The translations under genes and the position numbers were made by a program. Of a stretch of 64,000 nt of DNA, positions 46,920 through 57,443 are shown one piece after another (within the stretch, counting starts at the first letter, position 1; the number at the start of each line of letters is the position of its first letter). A model generated the notes under the pieces. It was given only the letters and a program-made list of their open reading frames with translations, had not been told where the DNA came from and did no database searches. Source of the DNA: an uncultured delta proteobacterium (GTDB taxonomy: Bacteria; Desulfobacterota; RBG-13-43-22); NCBI GenBank assembly GCA_963743305.1, contig CAVUPH010000042.1, forward strand, positions 74,664 through 138,663, read 5' to 3'.

Positions 46920-48656
46920 ATGGATAGCCTTCAGAACTTTGAGGATAAGCGCCCCGCCCGAATTCTTTGGTTGATTTTCGTCATCCTGGCCGCCGGCATC
47001 GTCCTGGCCGGCATCCTCAATTATCAGAGCAAGGAAAAACATTTCAAAATGGAGATGGAACATAAACTGGCCGCCATCGCGGACCTGAAAGCCGGCGAGA
47101 TCGTACGCTGGAAAACCGAGCGTTTAAGGGATGCCGAGGTCTTTTTTCGTAATCCTTTCTTTGCCCTCTTGGTGCGGGATTTCTTCGTCCGTCCCCGGGA
47201 TTCGAAGCTGAAGAAAAACCTCCGGACTTGGGTGGACCTGATCCAGGAAGGGTATGATTATGACCGGGTACAATTGCTCGATTCCCAAGGCGTTGTGCGG
47301 TTGTCGGCTCCCGAAATCGATGAGCCGCTCTCCCCGGCGATAACCCGGAAGGTCGCGGAAACACTGCAATCCGGGCAAATCACCTTCGTGGATTTTTACC
47401 GGCAGGAGCACTCCCGGAAAACCTCTTTGGCCTTGCTCGTCCCGATTCCGGATGATCGGGGCGGAGGCCGGCCTCTAGGGGTGCTTTTCCTGAGGATCGA
47501 CCCGGAGGTCTATCTCTATCCCTTCCTGCAACGCTGGCCGGAGCCCAGTGAGACCGCCGAAACACTGCTTATCCGTCGGGAAGGAAAGGACGCCTTATAT
47601 CTGAATGAACTCAAGTTTCGCAAAAATACCGCCCTGACGCTCCGCATCCCCTTGAGTAGTCAGGATGTTCCCGCTGTGAAAGCGGTCTTGGGTGGGAAAG
47701 GGATAGTGGAGGGGCGTGATTACCGGGACGTCCCGGTGTTGGCCGCGGTGCGCGCGATTCCCGGGTCACCCTGGTTTCTGGTAGCCCGAATGGATGTGGC
47801 GGAAGTATACGGACCCATGCGGGAAACCCTGTGGCTGATCATACTGATCGTAGGCGCCCTGCTCGCCGGCGCGGGGGCCGGGGTGGCCCTGATCTGGCGG
47901 CAGCAGCGCTATCGCTATTACCGGGAGCGGGCCGGCGCGGCGGAGGCTTTGCGTAGGGCCAATGATGAACTGGAAGGAAGGGTCCAGGAGAGGACAGCGG
48001 AAGTTCGTTTCCTGTCCTCGCGCCTCCTGTCGACCCAGGAAGAGGAAAGAAGGAGGATCGCCATCGATCTTCATGACGGGATCGGGGGCTTGTTAAGCGC
48101 CATCAAGTACCAGGTCGAGGCCGCCCAAAAGGGCAAAGACCTGGGGGAGACGGTCTCCCTCCTGCAGATGGCCATTGAGGAGTGCCGGAGAATCCAGATG
48201 GCCCTCAGGCCTTCCCTGCTGGACGACCTCGGCCTGCTGGCCACCTTTAACTGGCTGATCCGGGAATTCCAGAAAAGGACTCCCGGCCTGATGGTGGAAA
48301 CGCAATTTGAAGTCGAAGAGCAGGCGATTCCAGCGGCCCTGAAGACGGTGATTTTCCGGATTACCCAGGAGGCCCTAAACAATACCACCAAGCACAGCGG
48401 AGCGGATCGGATGCTGCTTTCCCTGCGGAAGACCGGAGGGGCACTGGTGCTGGTCATTCAGGACAATGGTCGGGGGTTCGAGATCGAAAAGGCCCTGACC
48501 AGAGAGAGCACCGATCGCGGGCTCGGGCTGGCCAGCATGCGGGAGCGGACCGAGTTGTCGGGCGGGACCTTCTCCCTCGAATCCTCGCCCGGTCAAGGGA
48601 CGGTCGTGCAGGCTACCTGGCCGGAAAGGGCGGGTGCAAGAGAGGAAATGGACTAA
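46920..48656 (+). CDS. membrane sensor histidine kinase, HisKA_3 (NarX/LiaS-like) class
   Basis: Two TM helices flank a ~270-aa extracytoplasmic domain. H-box EEERRRIAIDLHDGIGGLLS and an HATPase_c tail (GLGLASMRERTELSGG). Confidence 0.9.
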   Translation: MDSLQNFEDKRPARILWLIFVILAAGIVLAGILNYQSKEKHFKMEMEHKLAAIADLKAGEIVRWKTERLRDAEVFFRNPFFALLVRDFFVRPRDSKLKKNLRTWVDLIQEGYDYDRVQLLDSQGVVRLSAPEIDEPLSPAITRKVAETLQSGQITFVDFYRQEHSRKTSLALLVPIPDDRGGGRPLGVLFLRIDPEVYLYPFLQRWPEPSETAETLLIRREGKDALYLNELKFRKNTALTLRIPLSSQDVPAVKAVLGGKGIVEGRDYRDVPVLAAVRAIPGSPWFLVARMDVAEVYGPMRETLWLIILIVGALLAGAGAGVALIWRQQRYRYYRERAGAAEALRRANDELEGRVQERTAEVRFLSSRLLSTQEEERRRIAIDLHDGIGGLLSAIKYQVEAAQKGKDLGETVSLLQMAIEECRRIQMALRPSLLDDLGLLATFNWLIREFQKRTPGLMVETQFEVEEQAIPAALKTVIFRITQEALNNTTKHSGADRMLLSLRKTGGALVLVIQDNGRGFEIEKALTRESTDRGLGLASMRERTELSGGTFSLESSPGQGTVVQATWPERAGAREEMD

Positions 48657-48721
48657 GCAGATGATTTCAATAATCGATTGATTATTGGACAGGTAGCAGG
48701 TCAAAGAGGCTATTTTCCTAA

Positions 48722-48879
48722 TAAACCCCCAGGCCCCGGGCGGGCACCCCGAAGCATGAAAATCCCCCCCGCCCCCCTTTGCCAAAGGGGGGAGTTAAAG
48801 TCCCCCTTTAGCAAAGGGGGATTTAGGGGGATTTCAAAAGGGCTGGAATAACCACCGAATCTTCTATTTTCGTATTAAC
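48722..48879 (-). repeat. family-B element, short form, inverted orientation
   Basis: The reverse complement reads GTTAATACGAAAATAGAAGATTCGGTGGTTATTCCAGCC...GAAATCCCCCTAAATCCCCCTTTGCTAAAGGGGGAC...GGGGGATTTTCATGCTTCGGGG. Confidence 0.85.
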
Positions 48880-48928
48880 TTAAATCTACCCGGGCGGGAT
48901 GCGATTAAGGATAACCAGGGAATGAGCA

Positions 48929-51900
48929 ATGACGTCAAATCAGGATATTGAGAAACTTCGTCGGCGAATTTTCGAACTCGAGGCGGAGATCGACAGGCTG
49001 AAACTACTCCCCAAAGAAAAGGAAGTGACGGGGGCCTTAGAGGACCAGGAGACCCGTTTTCGCGTATTGATCGAGAATATAGAGGATTTGATCTTTACCC
49101 TCGATCTCCATCTTCGGACCACCTATATAAGTCCATCGGTGAAGAAAGTCCTGGGGTACAGTCCCGAGGAATGGATGAGTCAACGTCCCGACGAACAGCT
49201 TACCCCGAAGTCGCTCGAATTGGCCGTCCAGACGCTGGCCTTGGAACTTGAACGGGAAAAGGATCCCTCAACGCCCCCTGACCGCTCGGTTACCCTGGAA
49301 CTGGAATTCAATCATCGAGACGGGGCGACTAGGATTTTGGAAACGGTCTTTCGCAGCCTCCGAGACCGGCAGGGGAAGTGGGTTGGAATTTGTGGCCTTT
49401 CCCGGGATATCAGCGCGCGAAAAAGGATGGAGGAGATCCTGAGGGAAAGTGAGGAACGCTATCGCGATTTGGTCGAGAATAGTCAGGATTTGATTTGCAC
49501 CCACGACCTCAAAGGTAAACTACTCTCCGTGAGCGGAGCGGCGGTTAGAGTATTGGGGTATCCCCTTGAAGTGCTGTTGAAAATGAATCCGTTCGATCTG
49601 CTCGACCCCGAGATGCGTGACCGCTTCGACGCCTATCTGGCCGAGATCCAGCGTGAGGGCCGGTCCAGCGGCATTATGCGGGTGCTAACCGCCGGCGGTG
49701 AAACCCGCTATTGGGAATATAACAACACCCTGCGGACCGAAGGGGTTGCCGTCCCCATCGTGCGCGGCATGGCCCGGGATATCACCGAACGCCGGCAGGC
49801 CGAAAGGGCCTTACGCCGGAGCGAGACATTATTGCAAGCCATCCTGGGATCCACCGCTGACGGCCTCTTAACGGTGAGCGCGGAAAACAAGATTCTTTAC
49901 GCCAACGAACTTTTTTTCGAGATGTGGAAGATCCCCCCCGGGTTGATTGCAGGGGGGGATAACGCCGCTCTGCTTCAGTACGTCCCTGATCAACTGACCG
50001 ATCCGCAAGGGTTTCTGTGGAAAGTCCGGGAAATATACACTTCGAAGGATGACAGTTTCGATATCCTTGAATTTAAGGATGGCAGGGTGATGGAACGACT
50101 ATCCCGTCCCCTGATGGAGGGGGAACAAATCCGAGGTAGGGTCTGGTCCTTTCGGGATATCTCCGAACGCAAACGGAAGGAGGAGGCCCTGCGGCAAAGC
50201 GAGGAGAGGTATCGGGCCATTTTCGAACAGGCCGTGGAGGGCTTTTTCCAGAGCACTCCGGAGGGGCGGTGGATCAAGGTCAATCAGGCTTTGGCCCGGA
50301 TGTGCGGTTATGCCTCCCCGGAGGAGATGACGACCTCGATCCGGGATATTGCCGAACAGCATTATACCCAACGGGAAGACCGCGAGGAATTTAATCGACT
50401 CCTCCGCGAGCAGGGGGTGGTGGAGAACTTCGAACACCAAACCCGACGAAAGGACGGCAGTTCTTTTTGGACCTCCGTCAGTGCCCGGGCCGTCCGGGAC
50501 CGGGAAGGCCGGATTCTCTATTACGAAGGGACTCACGAGGATATCGACCAAAGAAAAAAAGCCGAGCGGTTGCTGGTGGATGCCGAAGAACAGTATCGCT
50601 CGCTCTTTGAATGCTCTACCAATGCCATTTTGATTCGCAATGCTGAGGACCGGATCACCATGGTGAATCCGGCGGGGGTCGCCTTGTTGGGAGCCGCAAA
50701 AGCCGAGGACCTGATCGGCCGGGCTTATCTGGACCTGGTGTACCCGGAAGACCGTCCGGAATCGGCGGAGCGGATCGAAAAAATTTTTCGGGCCGCTGCC
50801 GACCAACAGCCAACCGGTGAATTCGATCAAACCGCCGTGCCGCCGAGAGAACACCGGATGGTCACCTTGAGGGGCGAAGTGATTTATGTCGAATCGACCG
50901 GAGTGGCTTTTCACCACAAAGGCGAATCTTTCGTCCAGGGGATCTTTCGAGATATCACCGAGCGTAAGCGGGCGGAAGAAGCCCTGAGGCGGAGTGAAGA
51001 CCAGTACCGCCGTTTGTTCGAGGAATCCAAACGGGCCGAAGAGTTATATCGTTCGCTTCTGAATTCCTCGGCCGACGCCATCGCGATCTACGACCTGGAA
51101 GGAAAGGTCCGGTTTATCAATCCTTCTTTTACCCGAACCTTCGGCTGGACCTTGGAAGAACTGGTCGGTAAGCGAATTCCTTTTGTTCCCGATTCTGAAA
51201 AAGAAAAAAGCATGGCCGAAATCAGCCGGGGATTGTCCGGAGGCCCTCCCGTGATCTTTGAAACAAAAAGGATCACCCAAGACGGCCGAATCCTCGACAT
51301 TATACTCAGCGGTTCGCGCTACGATGATCACGAGGGGACGCCGGCCGGGAACCTGTCCATCTTTCATGACATTACCCAGACCAGGGTCCTGGAAGCACAG
51401 TTTCGGCAAGCTCAGAAAATGGAGGCCGTCGGCACCCTGGCTGGAGGCATCGCCCACGACTTCAACAATCTCCTGCAGGCCATCGGCGGCTATGCCCAAT
51501 TGCTTCTTTGGGATAAATCCGCAAAAGACCCCGGGCATCAGGAGTTGCTGGGGATTCAAAAAGCCGTTCAGCGGGCGGCCCAGCTTATTCGTCAATTGCT
51601 GACCTTCAGCCGCAAGGTGGAAGGGAACCGACGGCCCCTCGACCTGAATCAGGAAATTCTGGAAGCGGAAAAAGTGTTGAGGCGGACTATCCCGAAAATG
51701 ATCGTCCTGGATCTCCATCTGGAGAGTCGTCTGAAATGGGTAGAGGCCGACCCGGTCCAGATTGAACAAATACTGCTGAATTTAGGGAGCAACGCCGCCG
51801 ACGCCATGCCCAACGGCGGGCGGCTGGTCCTGGAGAGCGGCAATGTTTGTCTGGACGAGGAATTCTGCCGCCGGCACTTGGGCGCGACGCCCGGGAATTA

Positions 51901-52573
51901 CGTCCTCCTGGCCGTGACGGATACGGGGCAGGGCATGGACCAGGTAACGGTGCAGCACATCTTCGAGCCTTTTTTCACCACCAAGGAAATCGGGAAGGGT
52001 ACCGGTTTAGGGCTGGCTTCGGTGTACGGCATCGTCAAGAGCCATGGCGGGTATATCCTTTGTGAGAGCGCGGAAGGGCAAGGTACGGCTTTCAAAATTT
52101 ATCTGCCGGCCGTCGAGGAAAAGGAGGTCGGAGTTGAAAAGGGGGAAGAAGAAGCCTTATTGACCGGCGGATCGGAAACCATCCTGGTGGTGGACGATGA
52201 AGCCGCGGTCCGGGATCTGACCGTCCAGATCCTTCAGCGCCACGGGTATCAGGTTTTCGCTGCCGACTGCGGCGAGGCGGCGCTGGAATATCTTCAAACC
52301 CGCCCGGGGGAAATTGACCTGGTCCTCCTCGATTTGGGGATGCCCGGAATGGGCGGCCTCCATTGCCTGCGGGAGCTGGTCAGAATCGATTCCTCGGTCC
52401 GAGTCCTGATCGCCAGCGGCTACTCGGTCGACGGTCCGGTAAAAGAGGGCCTGGAGTCCGGCGCCGCGGGATATATCGGCAAACCCTATCGGCTTAAGGA
52501 TTTGCTGGACAAAGTCAGAACGGTTCTGGGAGGAACACGAAAACCTTCTCAAGGACTTTCCGGCGAGGCTTAG
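48929..52573 (+). CDS. hybrid sensor histidine kinase/response regulator with six PAS modules
   Basis: Six PAS units end in DIS/DIT-ERK-type linkers. HisKA GGIAHDFNNLLQAIGGYAQLL, HATPase_c GTGLGLASVYGIVKSHGG, REC ILVVDDEAAV...LVLLDLGMPGMGG. Confidence 0.93.
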   Translation: MTSNQDIEKLRRRIFELEAEIDRLKLLPKEKEVTGALEDQETRFRVLIENIEDLIFTLDLHLRTTYISPSVKKVLGYSPEEWMSQRPDEQLTPKSLELAVQTLALELEREKDPSTPPDRSVTLELEFNHRDGATRILETVFRSLRDRQGKWVGICGLSRDISARKRMEEILRESEERYRDLVENSQDLICTHDLKGKLLSVSGAAVRVLGYPLEVLLKMNPFDLLDPEMRDRFDAYLAEIQREGRSSGIMRVLTAGGETRYWEYNNTLRTEGVAVPIVRGMARDITERRQAERALRRSETLLQAILGSTADGLLTVSAENKILYANELFFEMWKIPPGLIAGGDNAALLQYVPDQLTDPQGFLWKVREIYTSKDDSFDILEFKDGRVMERLSRPLMEGEQIRGRVWSFRDISERKRKEEALRQSEERYRAIFEQAVEGFFQSTPEGRWIKVNQALARMCGYASPEEMTTSIRDIAEQHYTQREDREEFNRLLREQGVVENFEHQTRRKDGSSFWTSVSARAVRDREGRILYYEGTHEDIDQRKKAERLLVDAEEQYRSLFECSTNAILIRNAEDRITMVNPAGVALLGAAKAEDLIGRAYLDLVYPEDRPESAERIEKIFRAAADQQPTGEFDQTAVPPREHRMVTLRGEVIYVESTGVAFHHKGESFVQGIFRDITERKRAEEALRRSEDQYRRLFEESKRAEELYRSLLNSSADAIAIYDLEGKVRFINPSFTRTFGWTLEELVGKRIPFVPDSEKEKSMAEISRGLSGGPPVIFETKRITQDGRILDIILSGSRYDDHEGTPAGNLSIFHDITQTRVLEAQFRQAQKMEAVGTLAGGIAHDFNNLLQAIGGYAQLLLWDKSAKDPGHQELLGIQKAVQRAAQLIRQLLTFSRKVEGNRRPLDLNQEILEAEKVLRRTIPKMIVLDLHLESRLKWVEADPVQIEQILLNLGSNAADAMPNGGRLVLESGNVCLDEEFCRRHLGATPGNYVLLAVTDTGQGMDQVTVQHIFEPFFTTKEIGKGTGLGLASVYGIVKSHGGYILCESAEGQGTAFKIYLPAVEEKEVGVEKGEEEALLTGGSETILVVDDEAAVRDLTVQILQRHGYQVFAADCGEAALEYLQTRPGEIDLVLLDLGMPGMGGLHCLRELVRIDSSVRVLIASGYSVDGPVKEGLESGAAGYIGKPYRLKDLLDKVRTVLGGTRKPSQGLSGEA

Positions 52574-52574
52574 C

Positions 52575-52664
52575 GTTGGAAGTGAATTCCCATGGTTCCA
52601 CCCTACCCCAGCCCGGCGGTTATTCGCGCTCGGGCTGTTGACGGACTTCTGGCGAGTCCGTCAA
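52575..52664 (+). repeat. half copy of the family-C structured element
   Basis: Matches the right ~90 bp of 58745-58896: GAAGTGAATTC...GGTTCCACCC(C)TACCCCAGCCCGGCG...CGCGCTCGGGCTG..GACGGACTT..GCGAGTCCGTC. Confidence 0.8.
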
Positions 52665-52799
52665 TATTGTCTTGACAAATAGAATTTTCGGGAGTATCCG
52701 AATTTCAGGCTTCCTTCTTTTTCTACAGAATCTATTCCCCTTTCCCCTCTCCTGGGAGGAAGATTTTAGCTTAAATCTGAGTCGGTATATCTCCTCGTT

Positions 52800-54800
52800 G
52801 TGGAGGTCCAAGGGTTGAAACTGCCAAAAACCGGAAAGCAAGCGGGGGAGAGAGTGGGCTTCTCCCCGGTGAATTATCGGTTACTCGTAGAGAACCTGGA
52901 AGATATTGTCTTTACCACGGATCTCAGCCTGCATCTGACCTATGTGAGTCCGTCGATAGAGAAAATCCTGGGGTACACCCCCGAAGAAAGAATGAGGCAG
53001 CCTATCCAGGAGCGGCTTGCTCCCGAATCCTTGAAAGTGGCCGCTGATACGCTGGCCCTGGAGATCGATCGGGAGCAGGACTCTTCCGTCGACCCAGATC
53101 GCGTCATCACTTTGGAATTAGGTTATCTCCACCAAGACGGCTCCCTCCGGGTTTTGGAAACGGCCGTCAAAGGTCTCCGCGACAAGGAAGAAAAACTTGT
53201 CGGAATATTCGGGTTATCCCGTGATGTCACTGCTCGAAAACGGGCGGAAGAGGCGCGTAATGGTACTCTGGTTGAGTGGGATACCATCTTCCAGGCCATC
53301 GGGCAGCCGGTGTTGATCCTCGATCCCCAAGCTAAAATTATCGCCGCCAACCTGGCCGTGGAGAATGCCACCGGACAACCGTTGGAAATCCTCCGGGGTA
53401 AGCACTGCTACGAGGTCTTTCACCGCAGCGATCACCCCCCCAGCGGGTGTCCGTTTCAAAAAATGATGACTTCGGGTTCCCCGGAGACGGTCGAAATGGA
53501 GGTGGAAGCACTAGGCGGCATTTATTTGGTCTCCTGCACCCCGATATCCGATGCCGACGGCCACCTAAAGAAGGTCATTCATATCGCCACGGATATCACT
53601 GGACCTAAACGTTTGGAGCGGGAGCGATTGGAGATGGAACGCCGCCTTCAGCAGATGGAGAAGTCGGAGAGCCTGGGTCGGATGGCCGGGGCGATTGCCC
53701 ATCATTTCAATAACCTGCTCGGAGTGGTGATCGGGAATCTGGAGATGGCTCTTTGGGACCTGCCCTCGGCATCGTCCACTCGCGATACACTGGAGGAGGC
53801 CTTGAAGGCCTCCCGCCGGGCGGCCGAGGTCAGTGCTCTGATGCTCGCCTATTTGGGCAAAACCCTTGTCCGGAGGGAGCCGCTGGACGTAGTCCAGGTC
53901 TTGAGAGAAGCCCAGCCGCTATTGAGCGCTTCCCTGCCGAAAGAGGTGAGACTGAAGACGGATTCTTCCGTCCCGAAGCTTATCATCCGGGCCGATGCGC
54001 TGCATCTCCGGCAAATCCTGACTAACTTGGTGGTGAATGCCGGGGAGGCCATGGGCGACCGGGTGGGAGAGGTTGCCGTATCCGTCTCCGTAATCCCGGC
54101 GGCGGAGATTCGCCTCTTACGATTTTTCCCGGTAAACTGGGAACCGCGGGAAGAGTCCTACCTGTGCCTTTCGGTCTCTGATGAGGGCGGCGGAATGGAT
54201 CCGTCGATTCTGGAAAAGATTTTTGATCCCTTTTTCACTACTAAATTGACCGGCCGGGGCTTGGGACTCGCCGTGGTGTTGGGTTTGGCCGGGGCCCAGG
54301 AGGGAGCCTTGGCCGTGGAGACCAAGGCTGGCCGGGGCACCACCTTTCGGGTATTCCTGCCTCTGCCCGATCAGGCACTGCTCCCGGCCCGGGAAGAAGA
54401 GGCTATCCCTACCGCCCCGCAACCCGGCCGAGGATGGGTGTTGGTGGTGGAAGATGAACCTTCGGTTCGTAAGATGGCCCAGGCGTTGCTCCGGCGACTG
54501 GGCTATGAGGAAGTGACGGCGGTCGATGGCCTCGAGGCCTTGGAGGTGTTTCGCCGGCACCAGGACCGGATCGGCTGCGTGCTCCTCGACCTCACCATGC
54601 CGCGCCTGGACGGCTGGCAGACCTTGACGGCCCTCCGGGCCCTGCGGCCGAATTTGCCGGTGATCCTGGCCAGCGGCTACAGCCAGGCCCAAGCCATGGA
54701 AGGGGCTCCCGCCGAGAAACCCCAGGTCTTTTTAACCAAACCCTACTCGATGGCGGATCTGAAGGCGGCGCTGGATGCGGTCATGCCTTTAGAAGGGTGA
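52800..54800 (+). CDS. hybrid sensor histidine kinase/response regulator (2 PAS)
   Basis: The N-terminal PAS is paralogous to that of the preceding kinase. HisKA GAIAHHFNNLLGVVIGNLEMAL, HATPase_c, REC VLVVEDEPSV...VLLDLTMPRLDG. GTG start. Confidence 0.9.
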   Translation: MEVQGLKLPKTGKQAGERVGFSPVNYRLLVENLEDIVFTTDLSLHLTYVSPSIEKILGYTPEERMRQPIQERLAPESLKVAADTLALEIDREQDSSVDPDRVITLELGYLHQDGSLRVLETAVKGLRDKEEKLVGIFGLSRDVTARKRAEEARNGTLVEWDTIFQAIGQPVLILDPQAKIIAANLAVENATGQPLEILRGKHCYEVFHRSDHPPSGCPFQKMMTSGSPETVEMEVEALGGIYLVSCTPISDADGHLKKVIHIATDITGPKRLERERLEMERRLQQMEKSESLGRMAGAIAHHFNNLLGVVIGNLEMALWDLPSASSTRDTLEEALKASRRAAEVSALMLAYLGKTLVRREPLDVVQVLREAQPLLSASLPKEVRLKTDSSVPKLIIRADALHLRQILTNLVVNAGEAMGDRVGEVAVSVSVIPAAEIRLLRFFPVNWEPREESYLCLSVSDEGGGMDPSILEKIFDPFFTTKLTGRGLGLAVVLGLAGAQEGALAVETKAGRGTTFRVFLPLPDQALLPAREEEAIPTAPQPGRGWVLVVEDEPSVRKMAQALLRRLGYEEVTAVDGLEALEVFRRHQDRIGCVLLDLTMPRLDGWQTLTALRALRPNLPVILASGYSQAQAMEGAPAEKPQVFLTKPYSMADLKAALDAVMPLEG

Positions 54801-54877
54801 TGTCCATTCAGGACGTATCCCTGAGGAAAAAAATCCTACCTTACCCCCCCCCTAAAATTTAGACCAATCAGCTTAAA

Positions 54878-54998
54878 CGAAAATAAAGGTTAGCGGTTAT
54901 TCCCGCCCCCTTGAAATCCCCCTAAATCCCCCTTTGCCAAAGGGGGACTTGGACACCCCCCTTAGAAAAAGGGGGGCTGGGGGGGGATTTTCATGCTT
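54878..54998 (+). repeat. family-B element, short form
   Basis: CGAAAATAAAGGTTAGCGGTTATTCC...GAAATCCCCCTAAATCCCCCTTTGCCAAAGGGGGACTTGG...GGGGGATTTTCATGCTT. Confidence 0.85.
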
Positions 54999-55398
54999 AG
55001 TGAATACCCACCTCGGGCAGAGGCGGGTATTCACAACAGGATTGCAATAAAAATACCGTCGTTTTCATCAAAAAATACCCCTTTCGCCCTATTTATGTTT
55101 TTGATTATTAAGGGCATCGTTCAAAGATCAGGCTTCAAGGGATCAATCCTAAATCAAAACACCCTAGAGGGAGATTCCCCGGGCTTTTACATTTGGAAAA
55201 CCCTTTCGCCGAGACCAGACGGCCATACCAGTTCTGGGGGGTACCCACCCAAAAGGGCGAAGCGTCCATTTTAATGACTTAAGTCAAGGAGTATTATTAT
55301 TTTTTCTTTAATATCTTTTCGAAGTTGAATACCGCTGTATGATCTTTTAGAAAGACTTTTGCCTCATTCCACAACAACCATTTAAACGGGAGGACCCC

Positions 55399-55863
55399 AT
55401 GCGCCTTGCCCCCTCCAAGAAGTTGTGGTTCTATGCTATCATCCTCGCGGTTATCCTGGGCGCCGGCGGGTGGTATGTCTCCTTCGGCCCGCCCAAACTC
55501 TATGCTAAATCCAGCACCCCGGAATTCTGCGCCGGCTGTCACGTCATGGAGGCGGAATACGAAGCCTGGCGGCACGCCGGGGCCCATCGTCGGATCAAAT
55601 GCGTGGACTGCCATCTCCCCAACGACAATAAAGTCCGCCACCTGACCTGGAAAAATATCGACGGGCTGAAGGACATGGCCCTTTTTTATTCCGGGAGGGT
55701 TTCCGAAAACCTCCGCATTTCCGACCGGGGCGCCAGGGTGGTCCAGGAAAACTGCAAACGTTGCCACGAGGAAGCCATCGCCCGGATCACGGTGGACCGG
55801 AACTGCTGGGAATGTCACCGGCGGTTGTCCCATAAATCCAGCGGCGTCAGGGATACGCTTTAG
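55399..55863 (+). CDS. nrfH: NrfH, membrane-anchored tetrahaem quinol dehydrogenase (NapC/NirT family)
   Basis: N-terminal TM helix and four CxxCH motifs (CAGCH, CVDCH, CKRCH, CWECH). It lies directly upstream of nrfA. Confidence 0.93.
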   Translation: MRLAPSKKLWFYAIILAVILGAGGWYVSFGPPKLYAKSSTPEFCAGCHVMEAEYEAWRHAGAHRRIKCVDCHLPNDNKVRHLTWKNIDGLKDMALFYSGRVSENLRISDRGARVVQENCKRCHEEAIARITVDRNCWECHRRLSHKSSGVRDTL

Positions 55864-55930
55864 ATAAATACGCGAAGCGCCGGGCGCGGAGCGCCGGGCG
55901 GGAAGAAAATTTAAGGGGAAGGAGAATAGT

Positions 55931-57439
55931 ATGAAAAGGAAAAGGATCGTGATCGCCTTGGGGTTGATCGTACTCGCGGGGGCTTTATGGTTTGTGGCTT
56001 GTGCGCCCCCGAAAAGCGAGCCGGTCAAAACAGTAGCCATCGCCGACGGAGATTTCGATCCGGCCAACTGGGGCAAGGCCTATCCCCTGGAGTACGATTA
56101 TTGGCTCAAAACCAAAGAACCCCGGCCGGCCGGTAAAAGCAAATACAAAAAGGGCTTCGATACGGACAAGATCATCTACGACAAGCTGAGTGAATTTCCC
56201 TATATGCCCCTCTTGTTCAACGGCTGGGGTTTCGGGGTGGAATATAATGAGCCGCGGGGCCATCATTACATGCTGATCGACCAGTTGGAAGTGGATCCTT
56301 CCCGGCTGAAAGCCGGCGGGGCCTGCCTGACCTGCAAGACCCCCTATGCCCCCCAGATGCAAAAGGAGATGGGGGTCGATTATTTCAGGCTTCCCTACCT
56401 GGAAGTGCACAGCAAGATTCCGGTCAATTTCCAAAAGCTGGGAGTCACCTGCGTGGATTGCCACGACAACAAAACCCTCAATCCCAAGCTCTCCCGCTGG
56501 ACCTTGAAAAAGGCCCTGGCCGACATCGGCAAGGACGAGCAATCACTGACCCGGCAGGAAATGCGCAGTCTGGTCTGTGCCCAATGCCATGTGACTTACA
56601 TCGTTCAAAAAGATGAAGAGATGAAATCTAAGGCCGTCCTTTTTCCCTGGATGGGCAGCAAACCGGAAAACATTTCTATTGAAAACATCATCAAAGTGCT
56701 GAAGAGCGATCCTTCCTACGGGGAATGGAAACAAAGCATCACCGGGTTCAAATTCGGGTTTATCCGTCATCCGGAATATGAGTTCTACAGCCGGAACAGC
56801 GTTCACTGGAAGGCCAACGCCGCCTGCGCCGATTGCCATATGCCCTATATCAAAGTGGGGGCCAACAAGATTTCCGATCACAATGTCATGAGCCCGCTGA
56901 AGAACGACATGAAAGCCTGCCAGCAGTGCCACAGTGAGACCCCCCAGTGGCTGGCGGATCAGGTGATCGCCATTCAGGACCGGACCGTCTCCCTGATGAA
57001 TCGGTCCGGGTATGCCTGTGCCGTTACGGCCAAGTTGTTTGAAATGGCCCATCAGGCCCGGGAACAGGGAAAAAAGATCGATCCGGCCCTGTACGACCAA
57101 GCGAAGAACCTGTATTATGAGGCCTTTTACCGGGTAATCTTCATTGGGGCGGAAAACTCGGTGGGCTTCCACAACCCGACGGAGGCCGGGCGGATCTCCG
57201 GAGATGCCGTGGCCCTGGCCATGCGGGCGGAAGCCCTGCTGCGTCAGGCCCTGGCCCAGGCGGGGGTGGCGGTGCCGGCCGATCTCAATCTGGAAATGGC
57301 CAAATACATCGAAAACCGGGGCGTCAAGAAGTTGAAATTCCGACCGGAGTTTGAATTCAAGGATCCCTATGGTACCCAAGAGATGATTACCCCGGTCAAA
57401 TTTTCCGGTCTGCCCCCGTCGGCGGCTAAAACGAGGTAA
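55931..57439 (+). CDS. nrfA: NrfA, pentahaem ammonia-forming nitrite reductase
   Basis: Signal/anchor sequence, the diagnostic CLTCK (CxxCK) active-site haem motif and four CxxCH motifs (CVDCH, CAQCH, CADCH, CQQCH). Confidence 0.95.
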   Translation: MKRKRIVIALGLIVLAGALWFVACAPPKSEPVKTVAIADGDFDPANWGKAYPLEYDYWLKTKEPRPAGKSKYKKGFDTDKIIYDKLSEFPYMPLLFNGWGFGVEYNEPRGHHYMLIDQLEVDPSRLKAGGACLTCKTPYAPQMQKEMGVDYFRLPYLEVHSKIPVNFQKLGVTCVDCHDNKTLNPKLSRWTLKKALADIGKDEQSLTRQEMRSLVCAQCHVTYIVQKDEEMKSKAVLFPWMGSKPENISIENIIKVLKSDPSYGEWKQSITGFKFGFIRHPEYEFYSRNSVHWKANAACADCHMPYIKVGANKISDHNVMSPLKNDMKACQQCHSETPQWLADQVIAIQDRTVSLMNRSGYACAVTAKLFEMAHQAREQGKKIDPALYDQAKNLYYEAFYRVIFIGAENSVGFHNPTEAGRISGDAVALAMRAEALLRQALAQAGVAVPADLNLEMAKYIENRGVKKLKFRPEFEFKDPYGTQEMITPVKFSGLPPSAAKTR

Positions 57440-57443
57440 CCCT

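Noticed and set aside
55297-56076. 259-aa minus-strand ORF spanning nrfH and the start of nrfA
   Set aside because: It overlaps two genes that have unambiguous haem motifs on the other strand. It has a shadow-frame composition.
56543-57379. 278-aa minus-strand ORF
   Set aside because: It is antisense to nrfA, with no family signal.
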